Source: Spirochaetota bacterium | GTDB taxonomy: Bacteria; Spirochaetota; UBA6919; CBDBPB01 | Length of the DNA stretch: 64,000 nt | NCBI GenBank assembly: GCA_965208615.1 | Contig: CBDBPB010000007.1 | Span: 64,001 to 128,000 of the forward strand | Direction of reading: 5' to 3' | Shown: piece after piece, positions 54,305 to 64,000 of the stretch | Layout: every line of letters begins with the position of its first letter | Numbering within the stretch: the first letter of the stretch is position 1 | Notes under the pieces: generated by a model | Seen by the model: the letters and a program-made list of their open reading frames with translations, nothing else | Told to the model about the DNA's origin: nothing | Database searches by the model: none | Position numbers and translations under genes: made by a program

Positions 54305-54556
54305 TAAGTAATATATTTATTATTTTATAGATGGATTAAACGTTCTAACACCCAGAAGGCGGGCAAGGGTAAATATAATAAAAAGTGATATAGTGGTTAT
54401 TTTTATTTACTATTTATTGTTATTTTATTAAGTATTCTTGTTTATAGTTTAATTTTTCATTTTATTATTTACAATAATCTATTTTAGGCGAGTCTGAGAA
54501 GTGTATTTTAATTTATAAGTAATATATTTATTATTTTAGTGATATAGTGGTTATTT
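54305..54556. repeat. Local duplication upstream of mdh (23-bp block A and 18-bp block B)
   Basis: A = taagtaatatatttattatttta at 54305 and 54516; B = gtgatatagtggttattt at 54385 and 54539. Confidence 0.8.
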
Positions 54557-54591
54557 ATTCATAGAGGATTAGGCATACTTTTTGAAGTTTT

Positions 54592-54895
54592 ACATATAAA
54601 GTCAATATAAGATATTTGAATAATTCGCTCTACGTCTTTGTGGAACTGCAAATCCTTTAACACTTAATAAATGTCTATAATTCTTAGTCTCAGTAAGGGA
54701 TTCTTAACAGCTCTCGTAGTGATGACTACTTGCATAAAAAGTGATATTTTGTGTTCATTGCTAAGGCATTTAAACAGTACTTAAAGAGCATAGTGGGATA
54801 AGCTGTTTGATACAAGAAAATAACTTTTTCATAAATATTTTAACTTTTCTGTTCTACAAAGAAATCTAAAATATATCTACCTTTACGTTATATGT
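54592..54895. repeat. 304-bp non-coding dispersed element, copy 2
   Basis: Same orientation and length as 18433-18736. Ends acatataaagt/acgttatatgt; inner IR ctttgtggaac/gttctacaaag. Confidence 0.9.
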
Positions 54896-55030
54896 CTTTT
54901 TTTGTGTAAAACTTGTTATAAAATAATAGCCCTTTTTAATAATTCAATTATCATGAAATATCATTTTATTATAATTGTATCTGATAAAAAGTATTTATAC
55001 ATTAAATATCCCTTCTACCTCAATATTAAA

Positions 55031-55066
55031 AAATATAATAACAAAATTGACTTTGTTATTATATTT
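55031..55066. promoter_or_regulatory. Perfect 15-bp inverted repeat overlapping a TTGACT hexamer upstream of the RND operon (candidate operator)
   Basis: aaatataataacaaa-attgac-tttgttattatattt. Confidence 0.55.
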
Positions 55067-55220
55067 AGTTATTAATTATTATGTTTGATTATTAACATAT
55101 TACAATGAATATGCCTATTAGATTGTTAAAAAGCTTTTTTAGTATAAAATCTTTCTAATCGTAAATGGCATTTAAAGTATTATCTAAGATTAAAATAAAA
55201 CTTGCGGGATAATTAAAACA

Positions 55221-56598
55221 TTGAAACTAATCCCTATACCTTTGTATGTCTTTTTGCTTATATATGTTATAATATTTTCATCTTCAAGTTTTGCTGAAAA
55301 TTATACTAACTCGAAAACTAAAGATAAGTTAAGCCTTGATAAATGTATATCCATGGCCCTAGTTCAAAGTCCAAATTATAAAAGTGCTTACTATAGCGTA
55401 AAAGCTAAAAAAATCCTCACTTCTATGTCTGCCCTCCTAATCCCAGATATAACCTTCACTACTAAATATGCCTATACTGAATCAAGCCCTGCTTTAGCAT
55501 TTCCTGTACCCCCAGGGAGCCTGTCCAACTCTCTTAGCATTAATAAAGTTCTATATAATTTTGGCCAAATGGAAGCTCAACTCGTAATGGCAAGAAAAGA
55601 CCATAGAATTGCTATTCTAAAAGCAAAACAAGTGAAAAATGACCTTGTTAGAAATGTAACAATTGCTTTTTTTTACAGTATTACTAAGCCAAGAAAATCT
55701 TAAAGTCGTATATGAAGGACATAAAATATTAAAAGAAAATGTCGAATATCAAAAAAAGAACTTCTTAAGGGGTAATACTCCAAAGTTCGAATACTTAAGA
55801 GTACTAGTGCAATACGAAAATGATAAAGTCCAAGTTCAAGGAGCTAGAAAAAAATATATTAATTCTATTAATAATTTATATACTCTAATCGGAGTAAAGC
55901 TTATTAGTAAGTTGGAAGATGTTAACCATAACATAGTAGGAGATTTGCTTACTAAAATAACTGATTTTGACATATCTAATATTTCTTTGTTCAGAGCAAA
56001 AAATATGGGGCTTTCTAATAGAATCGATATAAGAGAGTTATATATACAAAAAAGAATGCTAGAGTTAAAAAAAGAAATAACCGGAGCAGGCTGGAAACCA
56101 ACTATTAGTATTTTTGGCAAAATAAGTTATGACTATGCACAAGATAGAGAACTATCCCCACTGGGAGGAATTACTATTGGCCCCTATAAAGGTATATTTA
56201 ACTGGATGGTAGGTGTACAGATGCAAATTACTATTTCTGATGCTATACCAGGTTCGGTGGGTTATAATATGAGGACTAGCCTTGGGTATGATATAAAAGC
56301 TCTTAGATATAATATAAAAAGCCTAAAGGATAGGGTTAAACAAGAAATTACACAAAACTATCTTACACTAAAAGAAGCTGAAAAAAATATAGAAAAAAGA
56401 AAGTCCGTTATGAAAATGGCAAAAGAAAATTTTAAAATAGCAAGAAGACTCTTTTATACTGGCGGAATGGACTATCTTAATTATAGAGATGTTGACTTGC
56501 AGGCACGTCAAGCCAAAATTGGATATTATAGAGAATTATATGCCTATAATGTTGCATATTTAAACTTTGCTAATTCAATAGGCAAATATAAATACTAG
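55221..56598 (+). CDS. TolC-family outer-membrane efflux protein (one +1 frameshift)
   Basis: Signal peptide, LSLDKCISMAL...SP, LYNFG and two OEP repeats; T8 run at 55667-55674 has one extra T. Confidence 0.88.
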
Positions 56599-56604
56599 CA
56601 AAGA

Positions 56605-57501
56605 GTGATAAATAAAATGAAGCTTTTAACTACTGTACTTTTAATAATCCTTTTTACTATAGGATGCGAGAAAACTAAAAAAAAAGTTTATGTTAGACCT
56701 AATACTCGTGTTAAAGTAGAAAGTATAAAACTAGAGGAATCATATGATAAACTTATTTTGGTGGGTCAGCTCGAAGGTATAAAAGAAATTAATATCTTTC
56801 CCGACGGCAAGGTTACCGGAATTGTAAAAAATATAAGAATATCCGAAGGAAATAAAGTTAAATACGGTTCCCCCCTTATGGAGATAGATCAGGGTAGTTT
56901 TACTGGCTATCAGTTTAAAAACTTTATTGTTAAATCTAAAATTAGTGGAACAGTTACTAATGTTTATGTTAAAGATGGTGCATTGGCAACTCCTAAAACT
57001 ATACTATGTAAAATTGTTAAAATGAAAAAACTAAAGCTTGTAGTGGATGTCTCTGAGGCAGATATTAGTAAAGTTGAAGTAGGACAATTAGTTCATTTTT
57101 ATGTTAAAACCTATCCCAATGAAAGATTTACTGGAAGATTTAGTAATATTTTTCCTGCACTAGACCCTAATACCCTTACACTAAGAGCTGAGGTAATAGT
57201 TAATAATAAATCTTATAGGTTAAAGCCTGGTATGTTTGCAAGAGCAGAAGCAGTTATTAGTAAGGCTATGAAGATTTTAATACCTTTAAATTCCATGATG
57301 ATAGAAGATAATATTCGTTATGTATATGTTTATGATAAAAAAACAAAAAAAGTTAATTATAGAACTATTGTTACCGGAAATTACTATGATAAAAAAATAG
57401 AGGTTATTTCTGGTTTAAAGGCCGGTGATCTTATTGTTGTAGACGGTAATTATCAAGTTACTGATAATGAGAAGGTTCGAGTTGAGGGTTTAGAAAACTA
57501 G
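56605..57501 (+). CDS. RND efflux membrane-fusion (periplasmic adaptor) lipoprotein
   Basis: Lipobox TIG-C, lipoyl halves (EGNKVKYG; KSKISGTV), LKPGMFA and GLKAGDLIVVDG. Confidence 0.92.
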   Translation: MINKMKLLTTVLLIILFTIGCEKTKKKVYVRPNTRVKVESIKLEESYDKLILVGQLEGIKEINIFPDGKVTGIVKNIRISEGNKVKYGSPLMEIDQGSFTGYQFKNFIVKSKISGTVTNVYVKDGALATPKTILCKIVKMKKLKLVVDVSEADISKVEVGQLVHFYVKTYPNERFTGRFSNIFPALDPNTLTLRAEVIVNNKSYRLKPGMFARAEAVISKAMKILIPLNSMMIEDNIRYVYVYDKKTKKVNYRTIVTGNYYDKKIEVISGLKAGDLIVVDGNYQVTDNEKVRVEGLEN

Positions 57502-57697
57502 AATTAATAAAATATGACTAAACTAAACTGTCTATTATAACTAATAGTAAAGCTTTATATGCCTGTTAGCCAGAGTATAATATATAAATTAAATATTATT
57601 TTTTATCTTCTGTACTTTTGCTTATCTTACGAAAAAGTTTGTATGATATAAAAAACTTCAAATAAATATACATAAATGCGTACTAATAGGAAAAGGC

Positions 57698-60600
57698 ATG
57701 AAAATATCTATTAAGGCTATTGATAACCCTCTTAATTCTATGCTTTTCATTATTACTATAGTGGTAGTGGGTATAATCTCTCTTAGATTACTGCCTTTGG
57801 AACTATTTCCAGAGGTTGAACCGCCTATAATATTTGTTACTGTTATTTATCACGGTGCATCTCCAACGGAAATAGAGTTTCAGGTCAACAAAAAGATAGA
57901 GACTGAAGTTAAAAATCTCGACGATATAAAGAAAATACAGTCTATAGCTACAGTTGGCGTTGGAACTACTATAATTGAGTTTACTAGCGGCTCTGACTCT
58001 GATGAAAAGAAAAGAGAGGTTAGGGATGCTGTGAATCAGATGGAACACGACTTACCTGACGATATTGAGGCTCCTATTGTTAAGTCATTAGGTTTTACTA
58101 ACATACCCGTTATGAATATTTTGCTTTATGCCAAAGAAATGGACTATGTTAAATTAAAAGATATAGCTAAAATAGTTAAAGAAAAGTTTGAAACTGTATC
58201 AGATGTATCTACGGTAAATATTTTTGGTGGATTGGATAGAGAAATATCTATATCTGTTGATCCAATTTCTCTATGGGCTAACAAAGTTGTATTGAGAGAC
58301 GTTATAAACTTCTTTAATAAGGGTAACCTTAATACTCCTGGAGGAAAGGTTTCTATTGATAAAAGAGATTATTATATTAGGGTTCTTGCAAAGTTTATTG
58401 ATGCCGGCGATGTTAATAAGGTTGTACTAGCTTATAGAAATGGAAAACCTTTATACCTAAAGGATTTGGGTACTATTAAGGCTGGTACAGCAGAAGTGGA
58501 TAGCTTTGCAAGATTTAATGGTTATCCTTCAATATCATTGGCTATTAACAAACAAAGTGGTAGTAACTTAATTGACATATCTGACAAGATTTATAAAATG
58601 ATTGATCAGGTTAAAAAATCTAAATTATTACCAAAGGGCGTTGGCATAGCTGTTGTAGGTGATCAGGCTGATGAGGTTAAGATAAGGGTTAACGAGCTTA
58701 CCACTAACGCTGTTCAGGGTATTATAATAGTATTTATTTTATTAGCTCTTACTATGGGTATTAGAAATGCTCTTATTGCTAGCATGGGTATTCCTTTTGC
58801 TATAGTATTTACTATGGTTGGTTTTTTGATTTTTGATGAGACTATTAATAATATATCTCAATTTGGACTTATTTTGATAGTTGGAATTGTTGTTGATGGT
58901 GCTATTGTGGTATTAGAAAATAGCTATAGGCATCTTGAGCTAGGAGAAAATCCTATTTCTTCGTCTAAGATTGCTATTGAAGAAGTTGGATCAGCTGTTA
59001 TATCCTCTGGACTTACTACTATGGCCGCATTTGCTCCTATGCTGTTTATGACAGGTATTGTTGGTAGGTTTATGGGCGTTATACCAAAAACTGTTATTAT
59101 TGCTATTTTTGGCTCTTTGGTATTTGATCATATTGTTATACCTGTTTTATGTAGTAAGTTTATAAGGGTTGGTGATCAGCGTAAAGATTCTATTTTTGTT
59201 AAGCTTCTAAAAAAGACTAGATGGAAGAATAAAGTTGAGAATATACACCCTTTTAAGGTTATATTTGCTGGTTATAAAAAGATTTTTTTATGGTCTATTA
59301 ATAATCGCTTTAAGGTTCTTATTATTGCTGGTGTTGCTTTTATATCCGGCATTACTATTTTAAGGTCTATACCTGGAGAGTTCTTTCCAGAGATGGATTT
59401 CGGAAAAGTTTATATTGATATTGAATTACCAAGAGGGAGTACTGTTAAGTCTACTGATCGTATTGCAAAGCAGATTGAGGCTTTTGTTAATAAGCACTTA
59501 AGAACTAAGGATAATCAAAATGGACCAGTAGAGATGTATTCTTCAAGTATTGGTTCTATTGGTGCCTCTACAATGGGTAATGTCAGTAGTAGTGCTGGAC
59601 CTCATATTGCAAAGATAACCATTGATATGGTTGACGTTAGTGAAAGGGGTATTGGGGTTAATGAGTTTATTTCTAATCTAAGGCATACTATATTAACTAA
59701 TTCTGTAGGAGCAAAGTTTAGAGTTACTAAGCCTAAGGGTGGTCCTCCTACTGGTGATCCTATTAATGCTGTTATTTTTGGTGATGATGTTAGGGTTTTA
59801 AAGAGATTATCCAAAAGGGTTCAGTCTATTGCTAAGAATGTGCCTGGAACTATTGAGATTATTGATAACTATGGTGTTGGAAGGCCTGAAATTCAGATGC
59901 CTATTAATAGGGTAAAGGCTGAGAGATATGGTATTAGTGTTCAGGAAATACAGAATCTTATTTTTGTATTGTATAACGGATTTGATGTTGCTAAATATCA
60001 GTTTGGTCAGGACGAATACGAAATTAGATTAAAGCTTAGTGATGACTATAAAAAGAATATTGGGGATTTAAAAAAGCTAACTATTTATAGTAATAGGCTT
60101 AGAAAGTCTATTCCTATTTCTGAGTTGGTGGATATTAAACTAAATGAGGGGCTTTCTGTTATACGAAGAGAAGATTTAAAACGGGCTATTACTATTGGCG
60201 GTGAGGTTGACAGAAGTCGTTATACTACCTCTGACGTTGCTAAAGAGTTTATGACTTCCATTAGTGACCTTAGTCTTCCTCCTGGATACTCTATTAGGTT
60301 CCGCGGAGAGAATGAAGATAGGGATGAGTCATTTGAGGGGCTTAAAATGGCATTTGTTGTGGGAGTTATGTTAATTTATTTTATTGTGGTTATGCAGTTA
60401 AGGTCTTTTTTACAGCCTATTTCTATTATGGTCTCAGTTATACTTTCGGTATTTGGTATAGCTTTGGGATTAGTTGTGAGCGGTAGTAATTTAGGGGTTA
60501 TGGCTATGTTTGGAGCTGTTGCTCTAACAGGGATTGTTGTAAATGGAGCTATTGTCTTAGTTACATATATTAATCTTCTTAGAGATAAGGGTAAAGATGT

Positions 60601-60877
60601 TAGAGAAGCTGTAATAGAGGCGAGTGAGACTAGACTTAGACCTATATTATTAACTACATTTAGTACTATTGGCGGTTTATTACCGTTAGCTTTGGCTTTA
60701 GGCGGTGCAAGGGATTTCTGGACTCCTTTAGGCTGGTCAATTATTGGGGGATTATTAATTGCTACATTCCAGACTTTAATTGTTGTGCCTGTTGTTTATT
60801 CCTTATTAGAAGACCTAAAGGCTAAGTATACCCTTAAAAAGCATAAGGAGCTAAATAGAACTAAGGATTTTTTATAA
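57698..60877 (+). CDS. RND efflux transporter permease (AcrB/AcrD/AcrF family)
   Basis: LFPEVEPP, GIVVDGAIVVLEN, GIVVNGAIVLV and RLRPILLTT; 1059 aa. Confidence 0.96.
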   Translation: MKISIKAIDNPLNSMLFIITIVVVGIISLRLLPLELFPEVEPPIIFVTVIYHGASPTEIEFQVNKKIETEVKNLDDIKKIQSIATVGVGTTIIEFTSGSDSDEKKREVRDAVNQMEHDLPDDIEAPIVKSLGFTNIPVMNILLYAKEMDYVKLKDIAKIVKEKFETVSDVSTVNIFGGLDREISISVDPISLWANKVVLRDVINFFNKGNLNTPGGKVSIDKRDYYIRVLAKFIDAGDVNKVVLAYRNGKPLYLKDLGTIKAGTAEVDSFARFNGYPSISLAINKQSGSNLIDISDKIYKMIDQVKKSKLLPKGVGIAVVGDQADEVKIRVNELTTNAVQGIIIVFILLALTMGIRNALIASMGIPFAIVFTMVGFLIFDETINNISQFGLILIVGIVVDGAIVVLENSYRHLELGENPISSSKIAIEEVGSAVISSGLTTMAAFAPMLFMTGIVGRFMGVIPKTVIIAIFGSLVFDHIVIPVLCSKFIRVGDQRKDSIFVKLLKKTRWKNKVENIHPFKVIFAGYKKIFLWSINNRFKVLIIAGVAFISGITILRSIPGEFFPEMDFGKVYIDIELPRGSTVKSTDRIAKQIEAFVNKHLRTKDNQNGPVEMYSSSIGSIGASTMGNVSSSAGPHIAKITIDMVDVSERGIGVNEFISNLRHTILTNSVGAKFRVTKPKGGPPTGDPINAVIFGDDVRVLKRLSKRVQSIAKNVPGTIEIIDNYGVGRPEIQMPINRVKAERYGISVQEIQNLIFVLYNGFDVAKYQFGQDEYEIRLKLSDDYKKNIGDLKKLTIYSNRLRKSIPISELVDIKLNEGLSVIRREDLKRAITIGGEVDRSRYTTSDVAKEFMTSISDLSLPPGYSIRFRGENEDRDESFEGLKMAFVVGVMLIYFIVVMQLRSFLQPISIMVSVILSVFGIALGLVVSGSNLGVMAMFGAVALTGIVVNGAIVLVTYINLLRDKGKDVREAVIEASETRLRPILLTTFSTIGGLLPLALALGGARDFWTPLGWSIIGGLLIATFQTLIVVPVVYSLLEDLKAKYTLKKHKELNRTKDFL

Positions 60878-60912
60878 CTTAATACATACCAATACAGTTA
60901 TATAAAACAAAT

Positions 60913-61842
60913 ATGAAAAAAAAGAAGATTATTATTGCTACAAGGGGTTCTGAGCTTGCTCTTATCCAGAGTAATTTTGTTAAAAGTTGGATTATAGATA
61001 GACACCCTGATATTGTTGTGGAACTTACTATTATAAAGACCACAGGGGATAAGATATTAGATTCACCACTTTCAAAGGTTGGTGAAAAAGGACTTTTTGT
61101 TAAAGAAATTGAAGAGGCTTTGTTGGATAAAAAGGCTGATATAGCTGTACATAGTATGAAGGATGTGCCTACTGCTTTGCCTGAGGGCTTACATATTACT
61201 GCTATTGGCGAAAGAGAGCCTGCTAATGATGTTTTTATTTCTAATAAGTATAGTTCATTAAAAGATTTACCTCCTAACGCTAAAATAGCTACTAGTAGTT
61301 TAAGAAGGCGAGTTCAATTGCTATACCATTTTTCTAACCTAAATATTGTGGATATACGGGGTAATTTAAATACCAGGCTTAAAAAGCTCAAAACTAACGA
61401 TCTCGATGGTATAATACTTGCCTATGCTGGCATTAACAGGATAGGACTTAATAATTTGATTACTGAGATTATACCTACTAATATTTTTATACCTGCTGTT
61501 GGACAGGGGGCTTTGGGTATAGAGAGTCGTTGTGATGACCATTGGATTAATGATATTTTATTATCTTTTAATCATAAACAGACTCACAGGTGTTTGATTA
61601 GTGAAAGGGCTTTTATGAGGCGTTTAGAAGGTGGATGTCAGGTGCCTATAGGCGGATATGCTTATTATGAGGGTGATAATATAATATTAGAGGGTATGGT
61701 ATCTTCGCTAGATGGCAAAGATATGATAATTGATAGTATTAAGGCAAAACCTTATGAGGCCGAGGATATGGGTTTAATATTAGCGAATAAGCTGTTAGAC
61801 AGGGGTGCTAAGGATATTCTTAGTTCTATTAGCAGGTTATAG
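60913..61842 (+). CDS. hemC: Hydroxymethylbilane synthase (porphobilinogen deaminase)
   Basis: ATRGSELAL, GLFVKEIE, AVHSMKDVP, TSSLRR and LEGGCQVP. Confidence 0.98.
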   Translation: MKKKKIIIATRGSELALIQSNFVKSWIIDRHPDIVVELTIIKTTGDKILDSPLSKVGEKGLFVKEIEEALLDKKADIAVHSMKDVPTALPEGLHITAIGEREPANDVFISNKYSSLKDLPPNAKIATSSLRRRVQLLYHFSNLNIVDIRGNLNTRLKKLKTNDLDGIILAYAGINRIGLNNLITEIIPTNIFIPAVGQGALGIESRCDDHWINDILLSFNHKQTHRCLISERAFMRRLEGGCQVPIGGYAYYEGDNIILEGMVSSLDGKDMIIDSIKAKPYEAEDMGLILANKLLDRGAKDILSSISRL

Positions 61843-61847
61843 TTTTA

Positions 61848-62525
61848 TTATTCTATGTGATTATGTAAGTTTAACTTAGTTGCTGAGTATACTTTATCTT
61901 TAAAGAAGTTATTAATTTCGGATTTAAACTTTTTATAAGGAAATTGTTTTCCAGGACAATCAGTTTCATTAGCGTCTTTATGTAAGATAACATTTTCAGG
62001 CATAATATCAAATCTATTCATTAGGAACTTTGTTAGTTTTATTAGCATTTCTATTTGCTTTTTAGTAGGGGGATTATTATTAAAGTTACCCACAAGGCAT
62101 ATTCCAATTCCGTATTGGTTGTACTTATCTACTTTAGCAACAACATGTCCACCTGCTTTTTGTGTTTTCCAGCGATAACCTATTTCTGGTTTACCATCAG
62201 GTGAACCCTTACCATTCCCTATCACAAAGTGGTATAGCAGTTTATTATTATATTTATGTTTATGAAAACGATTAAATGCTTTAGCATTACCCTCTTTAGT
62301 TGCACTATGGTGGATAACAATATACTTCCATTTTTTAGTTATTTTTGTTTTAATAGGTTTTTTATGTTTATTAGGGATAGTATTAGGAGTTGTAGAGTTA
62401 AATAATATATAGATGCCAGCCACTATAAGCAGAATAAAGTATAGTTTTTTGTTGTAATACTTTTTCTTTTTTTTGCAACTGACTTTATTCTTATATACTT
62501 TTTTTTTGTAGTCTTTATAGTACAT
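61848..62525 (-). CDS. N-acetylmuramoyl-L-alanine amidase (Amidase_2/PGRP-like), membrane-anchored
   Basis: YIVIHHSAT, YHFVIGNG, IGICLVGNF and LH...TDCPG. Confidence 0.9.
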   Translation of the reverse strand: MYYKDYKKKVYKNKVSCKKKKKYYNKKLYFILLIVAGIYILFNSTTPNTIPNKHKKPIKTKITKKWKYIVIHHSATKEGNAKAFNRFHKHKYNNKLLYHFVIGNGKGSPDGKPEIGYRWKTQKAGGHVVAKVDKYNQYGIGICLVGNFNNNPPTKKQIEMLIKLTKFLMNRFDIMPENVILHKDANETDCPGKQFPYKKFKSEINNFFKDKVYSATKLNLHNHIE

Positions 62526-62642
62526 TGTTATTTTTTCGGAGAATATTTATATTTTATTATTAGTTTTATATATTTTAACTCGACGTTATCAGGGTTATTA
62601 TACTGCAAAGTCATAAAATAGCCTTAACTTAGGGATAATTAT

Positions 62643-63611
62643 TTGTATAGATATATATTTGGTCCAGTAAACTCTCGTAGATTAGGTAGTTCACTGGGTA
62701 TAGACTTATTTGATGAAAAGGTGTGCAGTCATAATTGTGTATATTGTGAGGCTAAAAAAACCCAACTACTTACCATAAAGAGAAGGGCCTTTGTAAAAGC
62801 AAAACTAATTAATAACGAAATAGATAGCTTTATAAAGAATAATAATATAAACCTTGACTATATAACCTTTTCTGGAAAAGGAGAGCCTACATTAAGTAGT
62901 GAGATTAGAAAAGTAATAAGGCATATAAAAAGGTATTATTTGTATAACGTTTGTGTGTTGACTAATGGATCATTATTACATTTAAAAAGTGTAAGAAGGG
63001 ACTTATTGGAAGCTGATTTAATAATATCATCCATTGATGCTGTTTCTGATAAGGTATTTAGGATTATTAATCGTCCTTATGGTCTTTTGGATAGCAAAAA
63101 AATGTTTGATGGTATAAAAGCTCTTAGACTGGAGTTTAATAAGGAACTCTGGATAGAAATCCTTTTTGTTAAGGGGATAAATGATAGTAAAAATGAGATA
63201 GACTTATTAAAAAGTAAGATTATGGAGATTAACCCTAATAGAGTTTATATAAATACAATATATAGGCCTCCTGCATTTGATGGTTACTTAGCAATTGATA
63301 GTTCTACTCTTGAAGAGCTACAGTTTGAGTTTGACTCTATTTTAGGTATTACATCTAAAGATATATGTACTAAAAATACAAATATCTTTACCACTACAGA
63401 TAATCTTTTGGATAAGTTAATACCCATGTTAAGGATACGTCCTTGTACTCTTGAGGATATTTATAACATATTTTACCTTAATTCTTCTATAACAAAGGAT
63501 GTTCTTAAGGATATGTTAACTGATTTAGTTAAAAATAAAAAACTTTTTATTAGTAATTTTAATAGTAATACGTTTTACTATTGTAATCAGAAGGCTTATA
63601 CCAGTCAGTAA
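62643..63611 (+). CDS. Radical SAM protein (COG0731-like), function unknown
   Basis: YIFGPVNSRRLGSSLGIDL, CSHNCVYC, ITFSGKGEPTL and LTNGSLL. Confidence 0.88.
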   Translation: MYRYIFGPVNSRRLGSSLGIDLFDEKVCSHNCVYCEAKKTQLLTIKRRAFVKAKLINNEIDSFIKNNNINLDYITFSGKGEPTLSSEIRKVIRHIKRYYLYNVCVLTNGSLLHLKSVRRDLLEADLIISSIDAVSDKVFRIINRPYGLLDSKKMFDGIKALRLEFNKELWIEILFVKGINDSKNEIDLLKSKIMEINPNRVYINTIYRPPAFDGYLAIDSSTLEELQFEFDSILGITSKDICTKNTNIFTTTDNLLDKLIPMLRIRPCTLEDIYNIFYLNSSITKDVLKDMLTDLVKNKKLFISNFNSNTFYYCNQKAYTSQ

Positions 63612-63637
63612 TTTACTAGTCTATAATAGAATTTAAA

Positions 63638-64000
63638 TTATGATGCTATAGCATGGTTATGCTCTAAGGCAAGGTTAATGACAAAGTAGCCGTGATCTGT
63701 TTCCAGCTCAATAACAAAAGTAGTATCAAAAAAAGGAATTAGTGGAACGTCTTTTCCAATATAGAATTTTGGAGGAGTTATACTACAATTACATCCATTT
63801 TTCATTAAATAGGTAATGGCTCTAGCGGAAATAAGATTTCCAAGTTCTGCAATGCCGGACTTTAATAGTTTTAAGAAATTCTCTTTTTGTTCAAGATAAA
63901 TTTTACTTTTTTTAATCATTTTCAATGATAGCTGCATAGTCATACTTCTTGAGAACTCGTATACTACTTTGCCGGATAGTTCACCGTTAATATCAAGGAT
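63638..64000 (-). CDS. cheX: CheX-family chemotaxis phosphatase (5' truncated by window edge)
   Basis: Frame is open to the window end (ILDINGELSGKVVYEF...); SGIAELGNLI (ExxN) and SITPP. Confidence 0.8.
   Translation of the reverse strand: MLDINGELSGKVVYEFSRSMTMQLSLKMIKKSKIYLEQKENFLKLLKSGIAELGNLISARAITYLMKNGCNCSITPPKFYIGKDVPLIPFFDTTFVIELETDHGYFVINLALEHNHAIAS

Overview
AT-rich (about 30% GC, by eye) bacterial chromosomal window of mostly housekeeping genes. A Spirochaetota origin is inferred from CheX paralogues, a Leptospira-type LRR protein, a DUF1577-like PilZ protein and an OmpL47-like domain. Contents in order: ftsK(partial)-lolA-short rodZ-rimO-pgsA-pgpA; an acidic 18-aa-repeat protein plus a GAF-like protein; methyltransferase, C45 hydrolase, glutaredoxin, pgm, LRR protein, recQ, yjbQ; divergent prpC/prpE; cysS-cheD-cheX; fliN-yqeK; amrS; a DUF116-ispA-dxs-shc isoprenoid/hopanoid cluster; a PAS-GGDEF-EAL gene; an SLC13/TrkA-C transporter; a complete F1Fo ATP synthase operon; mdh; a TolC-MFP-RND pump; hemC; an amidase; a radical SAM gene; and a partial cheX. 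No rRNA, tRNA, CRISPR array, transposase or integrase was seen. Main findings: (1) a 304-bp non-coding element present twice, 36,159 bp apart, ungapped and about 88% identical, with nested inverted repeats and compensatory changes (MITE or structured RNA); (2) the DUF116-linked cyclase operon; (3) a mosaic LRR repeat array; (4) ten frameshifts confined to 41.5-55.7 kb, nine of them +1, most likely sequencing errors. Family assignments come from motif recognition, not database searches.
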